The position numbers and the translations under genes are program-made. This document shows positions 30,568 to 43,908 of a DNA stretch of 51,855 nt, in pieces; position 1 is the first letter of the stretch; the number at the start of each line of letters is the position of its first letter. Origin of the DNA: Aplysia californica (Eukaryota); assembly GCF_000002075.1 (NCBI RefSeq), contig NW_004797387.1, forward strand, positions 545,743 to 597,597. The letters run 5' to 3'. A model generated the notes under the pieces. That model searched no databases. It saw only the letters and a program-made list of their open reading frames with translations, and had not been told where the DNA came from.

Positions 30568-33500
30568 CCTCCCTCTCTCTCTCTCATGCCAATCAGTCAA
30601 CTGAGGGTCTGGTCTAAACCCCAAAGTGCATGGTCTCCGTACAAAAAGATCTATTTGTGTCTATTAAAGTATTAACTTCACGCAAAAGGGTTAGAACAGT
30701 GTGCCACAAAAGAAGAGGTGACTACATCCTTTTCCTACAAGTCACCAGCCTCAATGACTAAGTTGAAACAATAATAGACCAATACTACTTCAGATTTCCC
30801 AGAAGCTGTATTTACTACCACTTTAAGGGGAAGAGCGGCCCTTGATCTTGCAGATTTTGGATCAGGCTATGCAAATTTTATGTTGGCTGATTTTGAAGAT
30901 CAACCAGTTTTTTTTGGGTCTAAAAATAGCGTGGATACAATTGAGAAAGTTTTTATTCTCCTGGTAAATTGCCTTTGAAAACATGAGGATGGATTAATAT
31001 AGTGAATTTTCACAATTAATTATTGTCGCTTTTCGTAAAATGTAATTTTTTTTGCAGTATTTTCCCTACTCCTTCCTTAGTTTTCATCCTTTTGACATGA
31101 AACTTTAAGGAAACATAGAGCCTTGCCATCAATGTAACAGAGATATTTGCAAAAAAAAACAACTTTTCCATTGGCAACCGACTATGCAACCTAAATTTAG
31201 GAAAAGGTTTTTTATACTTTGGGAAAATTTTCTTTTTTTTTTCTTTTGCACTTATACTTATTGAAAAAAACTTGCTGCTACTCTGATAGGTTCTGGTTCA
31301 GGTATACTCTCACCAAATTTGGTCAAATTTTGTCAGTAAATAAGAAAGCCTTAGGGATTTGAAATGCATTGTTTATTTTCAAGAAGGTGGCCGTTTCCAA
31401 ATCAACCGCTGTAGCTACACCAAAATAAAATTGCATTTCAAGAGATTTTACAATGCCTAACTTATATGTGTACTTAGATTTGATCTCGGGCAACAAACAT
31501 AGAAAATGGTCCTCAAGGGTAGCTCCTCCCGTTAAAAGAGATAGCATGACATTCCAACATGAGGATTGGGAAATCATATTCATAAACTCAAAGTCAAAGA
31601 AAACCACTGTGTGTCATCATCATCAAGGAGACATTCAAAACTTCACTCAGCTGAAAACAGTACAGGTCAATGAAATACTCGACCATGTGACAACCCCTCA
31701 AAGACTTTTTTTCGGGGGGGGGTGTAAGTGTTTTACGGGGCTCACACAACAGCATAATGTCTTATGAGCACGAGGGACAAATTAAATATTTTCAGTTGGT
31801 AGGAAATTTTGAATTTTGTCCGGGTGGCAAACGAAGCCTACTCTTATCGATTTTGGACCGCCAAAGGATCTTTAACTTTTAACATGGGCAACTTGAACAC
31901 GAGACCTCCGAGATTTTCCCCCCTTGTCCAAGAAGGCTATGTGTAGATCTTTCCTACTATAAGATCAGGGGTGTGGCTAAAAGACAGCAGTAAGAAGGAG
32001 CCAAAAACTAGCAGTAGAAAGGCTGCAGAGGAGGGTGCAAAGGAGGTGAGGGCAGAAAGTGGAGACGAAAGCAGACGACAGAACATTGCTAGAGAGCAGG
32101 AAAGGAGGTGAAAGGGAAACAAGTTTAGAGAAGAAAAGTTTCAGTCGCTATCCGGATTCGAACTCGGGACCTATTGAATGAGTGACGAACACCTTAACCT
32201 CTAGACCATGAGAGCCACCCCACCTCACAGACTGAAGTTGCTTACCTTCACAAATTCATCAAAGGAAATGTTCTCGTCCTTGTCCAGATCCACTTCCAGA
32301 ATTGTGCGGTCTGCAATGCTGCCCAGCTGAAAAGAAGAAAACACAACTATCATTTAATAACTCTGAGAAAGGATATCACAATATCTCATAAAATATAAAT
32401 TTGGCAAGAGAGAGTCTTTAAGAAATACAGTAGTCTCCGCCGAAACGCACAGTGCTCGGGAAGGCTCCATAGCATGTGTTTTTCCAGAGCGTGCATCTAT
32501 ATGAACCTTTGATAGAGGCCTATCTAGTGTTTTACAGCATTCCGGCGTGTTGCACATCACAGGTCTAGGTCTAACTAAACATTACATGCAGTCACTCAAA
32601 CACCAGTCAGAAACCTTCTTTCAAAGATGCATTTCCACAGTGACAAATTAAAAAACATTTCAGCCCTCCCAATCCCCCAACATTTCACCGACCAGTCCTA
32701 GACCTAGATCTGTGTCAGTGGAAAGTTGGGTGTGAAAACGCTGTCTATCGCTCTCTTTGTTCTGCGTGAGGGCCAGTCTCATCAAATATCCGGTTGTCTA
32801 GGCTTGTCTTCTGCAAGCTGTACAGATTGTAGCGAACATTTCCATTTGTCAAGCTTTACCTGTCGGCATGTTTTGTGGATCAGAGCGTGCACTTAGAGGG
32901 AGTGACCGTGCGTTTGTACATCTAAATCATACTGTAAAAAGCCCGTGAGATGACGAAAGTGTGCCTTTGAGCGGAGCCTGCTTTTGTATGGCCTGCGTTT
33001 AGGTGGAGTCTACTGTAATCTGAGACTCATCAAAAGTAATTTCTTTTGCTGGCAGCACCTGTACTGTAACATACGTTTAGTTTTGTCACTGATTTACCAA
33101 TTCGATTAGCACAGTAAACTTACCATATATATATATCAAATGAAAGGAAATTGAAAGGGGGATTATGAAAAAAAGAACAATTTCATAAAACAAAATATGG
33201 ATATCGTTTCACAAAGTCTGAAACGGAATAGTTTGAGTATTTATAGAGGCAAAGAGCCGAGCCAACAAGACGGCTCGTTGTAGTGATGAGGAAGATGTTG
33301 AGCTGATCAGTCAGACTGCTGAGGTGAATAAGTCGGCTTTAAATCTCCATTACTTCAACTAGGCATTTTCCAGTGTTGAACTTTATACCATTTACTGATC
33401 ATCATATCATGAGAGGTTCACACAACTGTCATCAACTCACCTGCTCGTCCGAGATGTTGGCTCCGACCATCATATGAAGCACATTGAGCAGCTCATCACG

Positions 33501-36500
33501 TGAAATCATGTCGTCCCCATCCAGATCATACATCTTGAACGCAACTACAAGGTGATAAAAAAACAACAACTTTACAACTTGATTACAAAATATTTTCCTT
33601 CATACTGAAGTTTTGCGTTTCAAATGTGAACACAATATTTGGAAGCCAAAAGAAATTTGATATTCATTTTAGATAATTCCACAGAATGGTTTTGCTCTGT
33701 ACTGGCCCCCCCAAGAAACCACGGTCTTGCGGCCGCGTTTTTCGTCGAGTTCCGCAATAAACCCGCAATTTTTTGCAATTTTCGCAATTTCTTGCAATTT
33801 TAGGCAAAATAACATCCAGGCTTTAATTTTAACAGAATTTTTAATTCGAAATGGTGCAAGTACAGAGCCGATAGGCCTACGTAAATCATGGTTTCGGCCC
33901 AGTTCTAGTCTACTGGGAGTACTCTAAAAGCTATAACCGGAATTTCAGGCCGGAATGCATCATGTACAACAGGAACTGAGACATAGAGATCTAATGTATG
34001 TAAGTGTAAGCGGGCGCGTCTAATAAGAAAGTAGGCGTGTGCGCGTGTGTGGTGTGCATGTGTGTGCGCGTGTAAAGTGTACGTGTGTGTGTGTGCGCGC
34101 GCATGCCAATATTGTTTGTACATGAGGCATGTGTCTACATACACCGTAACCGGGCATCTAGTCTGAGTATCTATGTACACGGTAGCCGGAATGAAAATGA
34201 ATAAATATTTGTCCTGTGCTGTCACTTGTTGAAAAAAAAAGAAAGTCATACATGTACAAGCGTCTTGTCGGGCTCGCCATCGTGACCGGTCAGTGAACCT
34301 GTGCGTGCGTATCACATTGTGAGTACCGGTTGGGGTCACCAAAGTTCATTCAAAGTCTGTGCGCAGCGAAGTATAGGGCTCCGGAATGGGTGGAATTATT
34401 GATTTTTTAAAAAGGTACAGTCGGGAGAGGGTTGGGGTTGAAGGCAACTTCGGATGACAAAAACTGAACTTTGGAGTTCTGAACTGCCCGGTTACCAGTT
34501 ACCGTATACGTAGACAGTGAGGCTAAATGCCCGGTTACTGTGTACGTAGACACTCCCTTAATAAATGTAAAACGCCTTGCTGCGTTTACACGGGAGTGGT
34601 CGCTACAGAAATGATCTACATTATTATTATTACTAATAAAAGGAGGGAAAAAAATTGCTGTATTTTACGACTTGACTTAGAGTTAAAACAATACCATACT
34701 GGTTTTAAAAAAGAAAATATCTGAAATAGATCTAAATACAGATTACCGGTGTATTGAAGGTTTCAAGAGAAAAATAAAATAGGATCTGAATTGACTGGAG
34801 CATAAGTTAATTTTGCATTTAGAGGTTGTTCGAATCTTTCATCAATTTTGTTTTTGTTTTTACAGACTAAACCTCATGAGTCATACTACACTTCTAGATC
34901 TTTGCATGAACCAAGTACCCGGAATGTACTAAATTTGGTCGAATTTTATGCCTTCATTTAAAAGTTATTACAAAAACCGAGGGTTCTGTTATTTTGGGTC
35001 ACGCTGTATTATATTATATTTGGTCGATAACTTTATTGTTAACATACTCGTATGTTGTTACTAGTAAATGTTGTTAATAAAATTTGTATTGTGGGTCATG
35101 ATTTTTAAAAAGGCTGTTCTGCTTTTATGCTGCCGGTACTCAAACTGTCATGTTTTTTCAACAACAAAAAATGTTAAGCCCGTATTAATGCGCCTGGGAT
35201 GAGAAGGTTGCAATTTTTAGGCAGTTTACCTTGCAATTTTTCTATTTCAAGAATGCAATTTTCCGCGGGGCCAGTCTATATGACACATTAAGAAAACAAC
35301 TCATTTTCAACCGTGTCCCCATTTTTGTAGCATGATGTAATAGTTCGCATTAGGTCTGCCAAAAAAAAGTTGCAACAATTGCGCCATATTATTGTATGCT
35401 ACTGCAGTCTAACAAGTCAACAGAAGTTTGCAGATATTGTTTTTCCCAAATTTCCTCTGCCTAGTGAGATCATGGTTAAGTTTAGTAAAGAGCGGAGAGC
35501 TTTTGGTATTGAACATTTTGCCTCTCCACCAACACACCATCCCTGACATTTCGTGAGTTCCCCGCACAATATGGAAAGAATGCTGAGGTGCCCTCAAGAC
35601 TTTTAATTGGTGTCATGAGTAGAGAAGTTTCGTCAGTTTGGATCTATAGCGAATCAGAACAAAAAGGTCCCAAACAAAATGAACACTTCAGGTTGAACAT
35701 GCTCCATTTGCAGCCCTATACGTCACCAGGGTGCACATTTCAGTAGTTAATTCCAATGAGACCTGTCTACAACGATGTCTGCAGCTAGGACTAGGACTTT
35801 CCTACACCTCACCAGTCTCCGTCCTCAAGGCAGATCTTAACCTACAACACAAACCATTTTCATGTTTGCTAGGCAAATTGGTGCATTCTACGATTTTATG
35901 GAATCCCTTGCAAGATAGTTGAGGTCATTTAAAGCTTCTACCAAAATTTCAAGTGCGTCGTTTGAAACAGTACTACTGTATTTGAGGTAAAGGTAAAGAC
36001 AGGAGTTAGACAAGGATGCAACATGTCAGCAATTCTGTTCAACCTTGCCATTGACTGGGTCATGAGGAAAACAGAGGATACATCAAGAGGCATAAGGTGG
36101 ACCCTCTTCTCCACCCTCGAGAATCTTGACTTTGCCGACGACCTTGCACTACTCTCCCATACCAACCAGCACATGCAGGAAAAAACAAACCGACTCCACA
36201 AATACGGACATCAAATTGGATTAAGAATAAGCCAGAAGAAGACAGAAGTGATGACACTGAGTGTAGGCTCCCCAACACTGATCAGGGTGAACAACACAGA
36301 CATGTCTATAACAGATACATTTACCTTCCTAGGCAGCATAATCAAAACTGACGACGGCACAAAGGAGGACATCATGAACAGACTCAGCAAGGCAAGATCT
36401 GTACACAGAAGCATGATCAACATCTGAAAGTCAGGACAGTTCAGTATACAGACCAAGTTAAAGCTGTATAACAGCTGTGTACTATCCACACTCCTATATG

Positions 36501-39500
36501 GATCTGAATGCTGAAGGATGACTGATCATGATCGTACCAAGCTATCTTCTTTTCATACAACCACCTTACGCCAAATCCTCCGGATCTTCTGGCCCGACAA
36601 GATTTCCAATGCAGATCTTTTACAGAAAAGTAGGCAAGAGGACATGACCACCATAATAACAAGGAGAAGATGAAGATGGATTGGGAGTGTTCTAAGAAGA
36701 GAACCAGACTTTATTGTAAAGACAGCCCTCCACTGGACACCCGAAGGACATTGCAAGAGGGGCAGACCCAAAGTGACATGGAGACGCACAGTAGAGTCTG
36801 AAATTAAGTCCTGGAACCATTCGTGGGGGACGTTGACCAAGATAGCCCAAAACAGACAGAGCTGGAGATCCTTTGTAGCTGCTCTAAATGCCAGATGGCA
36901 TGATGGGTAGTAAGTAAGTAAGTAGGCTGAGATGACATGGATCAGAGCCACCATTGAACATTTCGAATGATGAATTAAAAATGTGTTCAAAGGAGGGCAT
37001 GTAGAGCACTGCCTCTAGGAATTACAGAAAACTATCGTTATTTTTTAAACGATAGATATACACTTACTTATCTTGAAAGCAATCGTGAGAAAGATTCTTA
37101 TGATATACACATGGTATATATCTTGAAAGCAATAGCGAAAAGGATAAATATACCTTGAAAGAGGATTAGAGAAAGAGAAAGTGTAAAGGCAACTGTGAAA
37201 AAGACAACGCATCTTCAAGGCAAATTAAAGAAAGATTTCAAATCTTGACAACAACTGTGGAATCTTTAGCCATATAGAGCAGGATTGAAACCGGCAATCT
37301 TCCTCAAAAGTAGGTCCACCAATGAACTTGCAGCACCAAAGTCTCTCTATATCTTTTCTCAAAAACAGGATGAAGAGCAGGACATGGGGTAGAAATAATC
37401 AACTGTCCCACAAACAGGGAGCACTCATAAGCAACAATAGCTTTGGCACAAAAATTAAAATGTCTTTTGTTCGGTTCTCTTTCGTGCTTGCCTGTGAGCA
37501 GACAGTCTGGTGTGGCAAAATGTTACAGACTCTTACAAAATATCACACCACTTGGCCTGCTTCCAAAATTATCTGTTTCGCCTGGCTAATGTGTTAAAAC
37601 TCAAAACATATCACACACACAAAAATAAGAAGAGACAAAACTCACATTTAAGCTTTTCCTCCCTGTCATTCAGCTTATTTTTCTGCACGTTCTTTTTCAC
37701 AGGCCTGAAGTGTGCCAGCACCCGCATAAACTGGCGAAAGTTCACGGTGTCAGAATTGCTGAAAAACAAATGCGAAAAAGTACAACTATAACAATTTCAA
37801 GCCTTCAAAATGAAACAACAAACAAAATGCAAAGAATTAATAGATTAGAATAATCCTTTCTCAAATGTAGAGAAGTATCCAATTGAGTACAATTAACACT
37901 GCATCAAAGAAATGGGATTTATAAAAAAATATTACAAACAAACTACATGACCGTCTTCTTCTTGTACTCTGCTAGAGCTCAGAGACAAACCAACTGTAAA
38001 ATCTTCATCTCACAGTGCAGTTGATTTCTAGGCACATGGACGTTTTATCTGTATATAGAAGGTAGAATCATCCCTTGATAGAAAGCCATGAATTGTTTTT
38101 TTTAAAGTACTCTTCTTAATATTCATACTGACTAGAGTGCCTTTAAGTTTGAGTAGGAATTAATTTTAAATTTTACCCGGATGATGGCAAGAAGGTTCTG
38201 CTCTTTTCAATTTTATAACAGCCAAGGTATAGTTGCGATCATGGGCACTTGAGACCCGATTTTGTGTGTGGACCAACAGAAAATGGTTTAAACTAAGTTA
38301 AACTCTTTTCAATGAAGATTTTCCTAGCTTTTCTGCTCCAAACAAGAATCTAGACCCAGAACTGGAATAAAAAACAGTCTAGGAATTTGTTTACATCAGT
38401 CACTAAGGCAGTAATCGAATCTGAAAAGGCTGCAAATGTGAATGTTAGCAACCTGTTCAACGCATTTTATCGGGACAGTAGTGATTCAAAAGGAAACAGA
38501 CTGCATGTCAATGCAAAAAGTATGAGGTAGCCCTTTGTGTCCCTGGCTGCTTTGAACTGTACGACTCACACTATACGAGAAATTTGACACCATAACGTCA
38601 GGACGAACACACAGGCAAAGACACTGACGAGCAAACAAATTAAATTAGTGACAAAGTATTTTTTTGAAAATTTTAACTGCATGTTTTTTCTTCATTCAGT
38701 TTCCAATTCAAAGATGTTGATTATATTTCATGAAGTTCTCAAATTAATTCGGTTCAGGGGGACTGGACAGTGAAAATCAATTCACCTCTTGAAAGAATAA
38801 CATGTGAAACTTTCACACGAGATTTTTCAACCTTATTCCTCCATTCTACCTGCCAGGGGATTAGATAGTGTGGAAAACATGAGGAAAAATAAAAAGAAGA
38901 CGGCAGGGATTGAACACTGGACCTCCGGGTTGACAGATAAACAATATACCTGTTGAGCTATGAGCCCCTTCTCCAAATAACCAGTTTATTTTCAGTACAT
39001 TTCATAATCCAAAAAAGAAGCCATTGTCAACAAAGATAAACAAAATATGCCAAAATATAAGGAAGGCTATTAAAAATACTTTCAAAGAATGCTTTCCTAA
39101 AAATACATTTTCAAGACTGCCATATTTTACACGGAGGAAAGAAGAATCTGAATTTGACCTCCTAATTAAGTAACTAGAAAAGATTGACAGGCAGATGGAG
39201 GAGGAAAAAAAAAGAAACTTAAAATGTCACTCCTTACCTCTCTTGGAAAAAAGCATGAACTATTCTGTCACCTAAAGGATTGATCGCCAGCTCAGGTATC
39301 CGCAAAAAGTCTGCTCTCCTGTAAACAATATTAGAATTATGATGTTTTTTCAATCAATATTAACTGATTCAGTAGGCAGATCAGAAAATTTAGCAAATAC
39401 AACAAAAATATTTCTTTCCCTGTTCTATAGTCACGCAAAGAAAAATGTTGTACTCCATGTGTCAAAACTTGACTTTGAAAACAAAAAATGTTTAACTCGC

Positions 39501-42392
39501 TCATCAAAACACTGATTAAAGTATTTTATAACTGCTATTTTTCCTTAGCTGAGTGGGCCTTCTGTTCAAAAGGCAAAAAGTTTAAAGAATGCTAATGTGC
39601 CTCAAAAATTACAAATGTCCTCTTTTTATCACAATATTAAAATTTCTGAACTCATCACTAATATTTGACTAATATTACAAACACAGTGTATCACCGGACA
39701 ACATAGCTCCACGATTATGCACAAAAAGTACAGTACAGAATTATCAGGATTTGAGGCGCATTTCCTCTTTGAATTACATAAATGATATGAACAAATAAAA
39801 ACAACAAACCGTAAAAAACCTTGGTCACTCTTATCCAAGTTGGTGAATCTGCTGTAGAGGCGTACAATCTGATTGTTTGAGACTGTAAAGACACAGAAAT
39901 GATCCAGGTGGAGATAAGAAAAAAAATGACATATCAACAGACAAGAACAGCATATTCTACAACAAGTCCCTCTCAAATGATGAAAATACAATTTTCAGAC
40001 AACAGCCAAACCCTGCTATACCATTTGCCTTGAGATGAGCATGAAGATAGGAGGTACAGCGGGTTGGCGGTATTATGGAGTTTTAATATCCTCTGTTAAA
40101 TAGCACGGACTGCCACCTTGACTTCTAGTAGTAGGCTGGCAGAGACATGATTAAAAACCCAGAATGTCGACATGGAAAATAACTAATTGATAAATATTTT
40201 TGAACACATGAAACTAGGTATTACCTGACTTACACCATCCTTCCAATTGGCATCTGGTATTATTATACTCACTCGATAAACACTGGACACAGTCAAACCA
40301 AAAGGCATGCAGAACCAAATCTATTGTAAACCATTATCATATCATCATAAAATGACAGACCTGAAAGTGACATTGACGATCATGACTTTAAAGACATTAT
40401 CCAGGTCTTTCCCAGTCACCCAACTGTTCAAGTTTAACAAGTAAGTTGCTGTGGGTCTACAACTGCCTCATTTGCCAACCATTTTTCCAGTGAGAGAAAG
40501 ATGCTCACGGCCTGAAGACCTTTTAAATCGGGTCGATTTAAGTCTCCTGAAAATTGTTGTCTCTTCCTGACTGCATTATTAACCGCTTGGTAATTTTTAC
40601 CTTCACTCCCGCACACAGATGCACTGCTTTGGGGGTCAAACTGCAGTATTGTCTGTAGCAGATCAAAACATAGAGCCACTAAAACTGTCGCAAATCAATT
40701 ATTTTCAAGAAAATTTCAAACCTAACTGCAAAATATCAAATTATGGGTTAAAACATGCCCCCTGTAACCTCCCCCCCTCCCCCCCGATATTTTTTCCCCT
40801 AAGGGCAGGCTCCCCTGAAACCCCCCGATTGGTCCAAAGCGTGCAAATTACTACGCAGTAAGGCTTTGTGTGATATATAGCTCGATTAACTCACTGACTA
40901 AGACTAAGTCTGGCCCTTTCACAAGTCACTAGCGGTAAATACTGGCGTTTTGGGGAGAATTTCAAAACACCACCACAACTCTCAGAATTACCTAACTGTA
41001 ATTATTTTTTGACACAGTCAATCTTAATCAAATCTAAAATACAAAAACCAAAGTTGTCTTTGTCTAATACTTTAATTTTTTAGATTTTTAAAAATTTGCA
41101 TCAATTTGATTTTCCTAAAAATTTCCAGACATGACAGATAGAATGAAATTCACAACAACAACAAAAATAAAAGTTCAAAATGTTCTGTTTTGATTTGTAT
41201 GCATGCATGTGTGAGTGTTAGGTGAAAATATGTATAAGCTGGGTTATGCGTTGATTAAGACCACACTGAAACATGAGACAGATTTAGGTGCGCTTACAAT
41301 GAAATTGCACCAATAGTATCATTGCTAGATCTAGCCCTAAAACTACAACTCGGGCCGTGTTCGGGTATATATCCAGGGTCCTATCTATCGGACACATCAT
41401 ATTCTGAGTCACTACAACTAATAAAACGAAAAGAAGCATCGAAAACAAGCGAAATTATGTGATTCTTGTTCATGCGACTGTCAAATTACTACCACATAAA
41501 GCCACAGCGAGCACCTAGCCCACCTCTGTGATTGGCCCAAATATAGATGACGTATTTCTGCCATCTATTTAAAGTCATCTTCCAGGGCTTCCCTCGCCAG
41601 TTGACTAAATCTTACTGTGGCGGGCCCACTTTGCCGCTTAGCACGCAAAGGGCTACGTCACTAGGTTTCATCGCTGACTGCTTGGGCTGTGTGTGGGTGT
41701 GTGTGTGCACGCGCTTGTGTGTGTGTACGTGCGTGTGTTTGAGTGTGTCTGTGTGTGTACCACTTTGAGGAGAAGGTAAATTTATTGACAGAGAATTGCT
41801 GAGATTGTTTATAAAAGTTGGAGGTTTCAGGCTCGCGAGTGGGAATTTCCGCAAAAATCCCGGTTTTTCCCCTTTCTCGGCTCATAACTTTATTAGTTCT
41901 TAGCCTAGCATCATAAAACCAACATGAAATGAGAGATCTATATATATGTGCCTTTTGTTTCCATGTTAGTTTCAATGGGGGGAGAAAGGCGTAACATTAT
42001 AGATTTTTGAGTTAAAACTACAAGGGTCCATACGCGTTCTGCCACAATGCGTGGCACACAAATTTTGACAAATTTAGTGCTGTTGAAATCACATGAGTCT
42101 GCAGTAGAATTGGACGCTGAAGAGTTTACAACCCACCCGGAGTTCATACGACGCTTGAGTAGAAAGTTATGGTAAAATATATATTTTATCTTCTAAATTC
42201 TTTTTTAATAACGATGGAAAATGCTCCAGAGGCAAGTTATATAAAAATATTGATAGATATATCATTTAGCTCTCTAGAAATGTCATTTTTGTTAAAAACC
42301 ATTAAAGTTTTGTAGAAGAAAATCGAACTTTATTACACTGCCCTAGTTCACTTCGTAAGGTAAAAAAATTGGTTGCCACAACCAGAATTGAA

Positions 42393-42439
<47 letters not shown>

Positions 42440-43097
42440 TATTCAGACATCTAAAAATCTCACATGCAACTACACGCAGGGCGTAAACCGGGCTACGATT
42501 GGCCAAACCTGTGGGTAGATCTACTCTGGGAATTCCCAGTTTCGGTCTCTCACCTCTGGCTGTCTTCTCACAGCGGGCTGAGTGCTCACGAAAGAAGAAG
42601 AAGGAGAATTGAGGAGATAGAAGGAGGAGGATCCAAAGTGTAGATGAAGGAGAAGAAATGAAAAGAANNNNNNNNNNNNNNNNNNNNNNNNNNNNNNNNN
42701 NNNNNNNNNNNNNNNNNNNNNNNNNNNNNNNNNNNNNNNNNNNNNNNNNNNNNNNNNNNNNNNNNNNNNNNNNNNNNNNNNNNNNNNNNNNNNNNNNNNN
42801 NNNNNNNNNNNNNNNNNNNNNNNNNNNNNNNNNNNNNNNNNNNNNNNNNNNNNNNNNNNNNNNNNNNNNNNNNNNNNNNNNNNNNNNNNNNNNNNNNNNN
42901 NNNNNNNNNNNNNNNNNNNNNNNNNNNNNNNNNNNNNNNNNNNNNNNNNNNNNNNNNNNNNNNNNNNNNNNNNNNNNNNNNNNNNNNGGAGCAGGAGGAA
43001 TTAGAGGGGGAGGAAAACAAGAAGATGAAGAAATAGAAGAAGAAGAATCTTAATAAATATTACAAATTGGGGACTTCTTCGTTTGTTACCCTACCTT

Positions 43098-43189
<92 letters not shown>

Positions 43190-43908
43190 TGGGGTGGTGA
43201 GAGTGACATGGAGGGTGTCTTGTCGTCGGTCCAGAGTAGCCTACCGTAGGCCTAATGTATTCATGGGTCACAGGTTCAGCCAATCGTAGCCCGGTTTACG
43301 CCCTGCGTGTAGTCGCATGTAATCTCTGCTCTAGAAATAGATCTAGAATTCTAAGTGAAAAATGCTTCTAACTTCTAAGTCCTCGCAGAACGGCAGAATG
43401 AAAGATGACGCCAAACTCTCGCATATTAACCAGAAAATCTCAAAAATGGAAACCGTTCCGAGAAATAGAGGTCAAGTTTATTTTCCCGAGCGTTCGGAGA
43501 AATAGTCATGTCGAAAAGTAAAAGCTTTTCAACTGATTTAAACTTCAAGGCATTCAATATTCAAGGATGCCAATTCCAGTTTTTCCTTTTTATTCTAGAT
43601 CTAGATCTAGATATACTAGATCTAGATTCTAGATCTATCTCGTGCCTTCCCTTCAAATTTGATCTTTACAACGCTAAAATCTACACCCAAAGAGGTTCAA
43701 CAGAACAAAAATGTTTTTCATTCGGAATTAAAAATTAAAGATTGCGAAGCAGATGGGTGGCCATAGGCACAGTGGCGTCAGTGGCACAGGAATGAAACCT
43801 AAATGTACATGGTCACAACAGTGGACAGAGAAACCCCAACTTACACCCAGTCTCTTTCTGGATTTCCGTAATTTCTTCCTCTTGGAGCATAGACGACCGA
43901 GTTCCCAT
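30134..43908 (-). CDS. CHP1: Calcineurin B homologous protein 1-like EF-hand Ca2+-binding protein; 7 coding exons, 189 aa
   Basis: complement(join(30134..30187,32246..32326,33441..33544,37646..37758,39238..39318,39810..39882,43845..43908)) = 570 nt, GT-AG introns. Protein: MGTRSSMLQEEEITEIQKETGFSNNQIVRLYSRFTNLDK...FLRIPELAINPLGDRIVHAFF...FAFKMYDLDGDDMISRDELL...DLDKDENISFDEF...VDVEQKMSIRFLN*. It has an MGxxxS myristoylation motif and two canonical EF loops. Confidence 0.95.
30513..30585. repeat. (CT)n microsatellite
   Basis: Direct read. Confidence 0.95.
30827..31531. mobile_element. Kolobok-like non-autonomous DNA transposon
   Basis: TTAA|GGGGAAGAGCGGCCCTTGA ... TCAAGGGTAGCTCCTCCCG|TTAA. 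TIR 15/19, TTAA TSD, purine start. Confidence 0.65.
31722..32219 (-). mobile_element. tRNA-derived SINE (central domain resembles MetaSINE-type)
   Basis: The minus-strand head 32215-32144 has A box TGGTCTAGAGG and B box GTTCGAATCC but no acceptor-stem pairing. The downstream block aaaatctcggaggtctcgtgt..gttaaagatcc..gataagagtagg resembles, from memory, the conserved central domain of mollusc SINEs. Confidence 0.55.
32428..33015. mobile_element. Tc1/mariner (pogo/Tigger-like) non-autonomous element
   Basis: TA|CAGTAGTCTCCGCCGAAACGCA ... TGCGTTTAGGTGGAGTCTACTG|TA (19/22 TIR). Confidence 0.75.
33702..35274. mobile_element. ~1.6-kb non-autonomous DNA element with short TIR and subterminal GCAATTT repeats
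   Basis: CTGGCCCC..GGGGCCAG ends with flanks TCTGTA/TCTATA. GCAATTT clusters near both ends. The interior is CpG-rich, unlike the host intron. Confidence 0.55.
35897..36924 (+). mobile_element. 5'-truncated, decayed RTE-clade LINE (RT C-terminal half plus (TAAG)n tail), antisense in CHP1 intron 4
   Basis: YGIP..KTGVRQGCNMSAILFNLAIDWVM..LENLDFADDLALLSH..FTFLGSII..ALHWTPEG..RGRPKVTWRRTVE, with in-frame stops. Ends gggtagtaagtaagtaagtag. Confidence 0.9.
38899..38969 (-). mobile_element. Decayed tRNA-like (Pol III A/B box) repeat head
   Basis: Minus strand ggggctcaTAGCTCAACAGGtat...GTTCAATCCCtgcc. It does not fold into a complete cloverleaf. Confidence 0.4.
42394..42436. repeat. (TA)n microsatellite
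   Basis: Direct read. Confidence 0.95.
42668..42987. other. Assembly gap (320 N)
   Basis: Run of N flanked by purine-rich simple sequence. Confidence 0.99.
43100..43182. repeat. (GA)n microsatellite
   Basis: Direct read. Confidence 0.95.

Larger units (their letters stand above)
42462..43320. mobile_element. Non-autonomous TIR element with ~50-bp TIRs and 6-bp TSD, spanning the assembly gap
   Basis: AATCTC|ACATGCAACTACACGCAGGGCGTAAACCGGGCTACGATTGGC ... GCCAATCGTAGCCCGGTTTACGCCCTGCGTGTAGTCGCATGT|AATCTC. Confidence 0.85.

Noticed and set aside
32144-32215. Functional tRNA gene (also 38899-38969 and the A-box fragment near 11950)
   Set aside because: A/B boxes are present but the acceptor and anticodon stems do not pair; better explained as SINE or repeat heads.
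33283-33325. C/D box snoRNA (GTGATGA...CTGA)
   Set aside because: Too short, no terminal stem, and antisense to the host CHP1 intron.
42586-43289. ORFs through the N gap and (GA)n repeat (ERERER/SLSLSL)
   Set aside because: Artefacts of the gap and the microsatellite.
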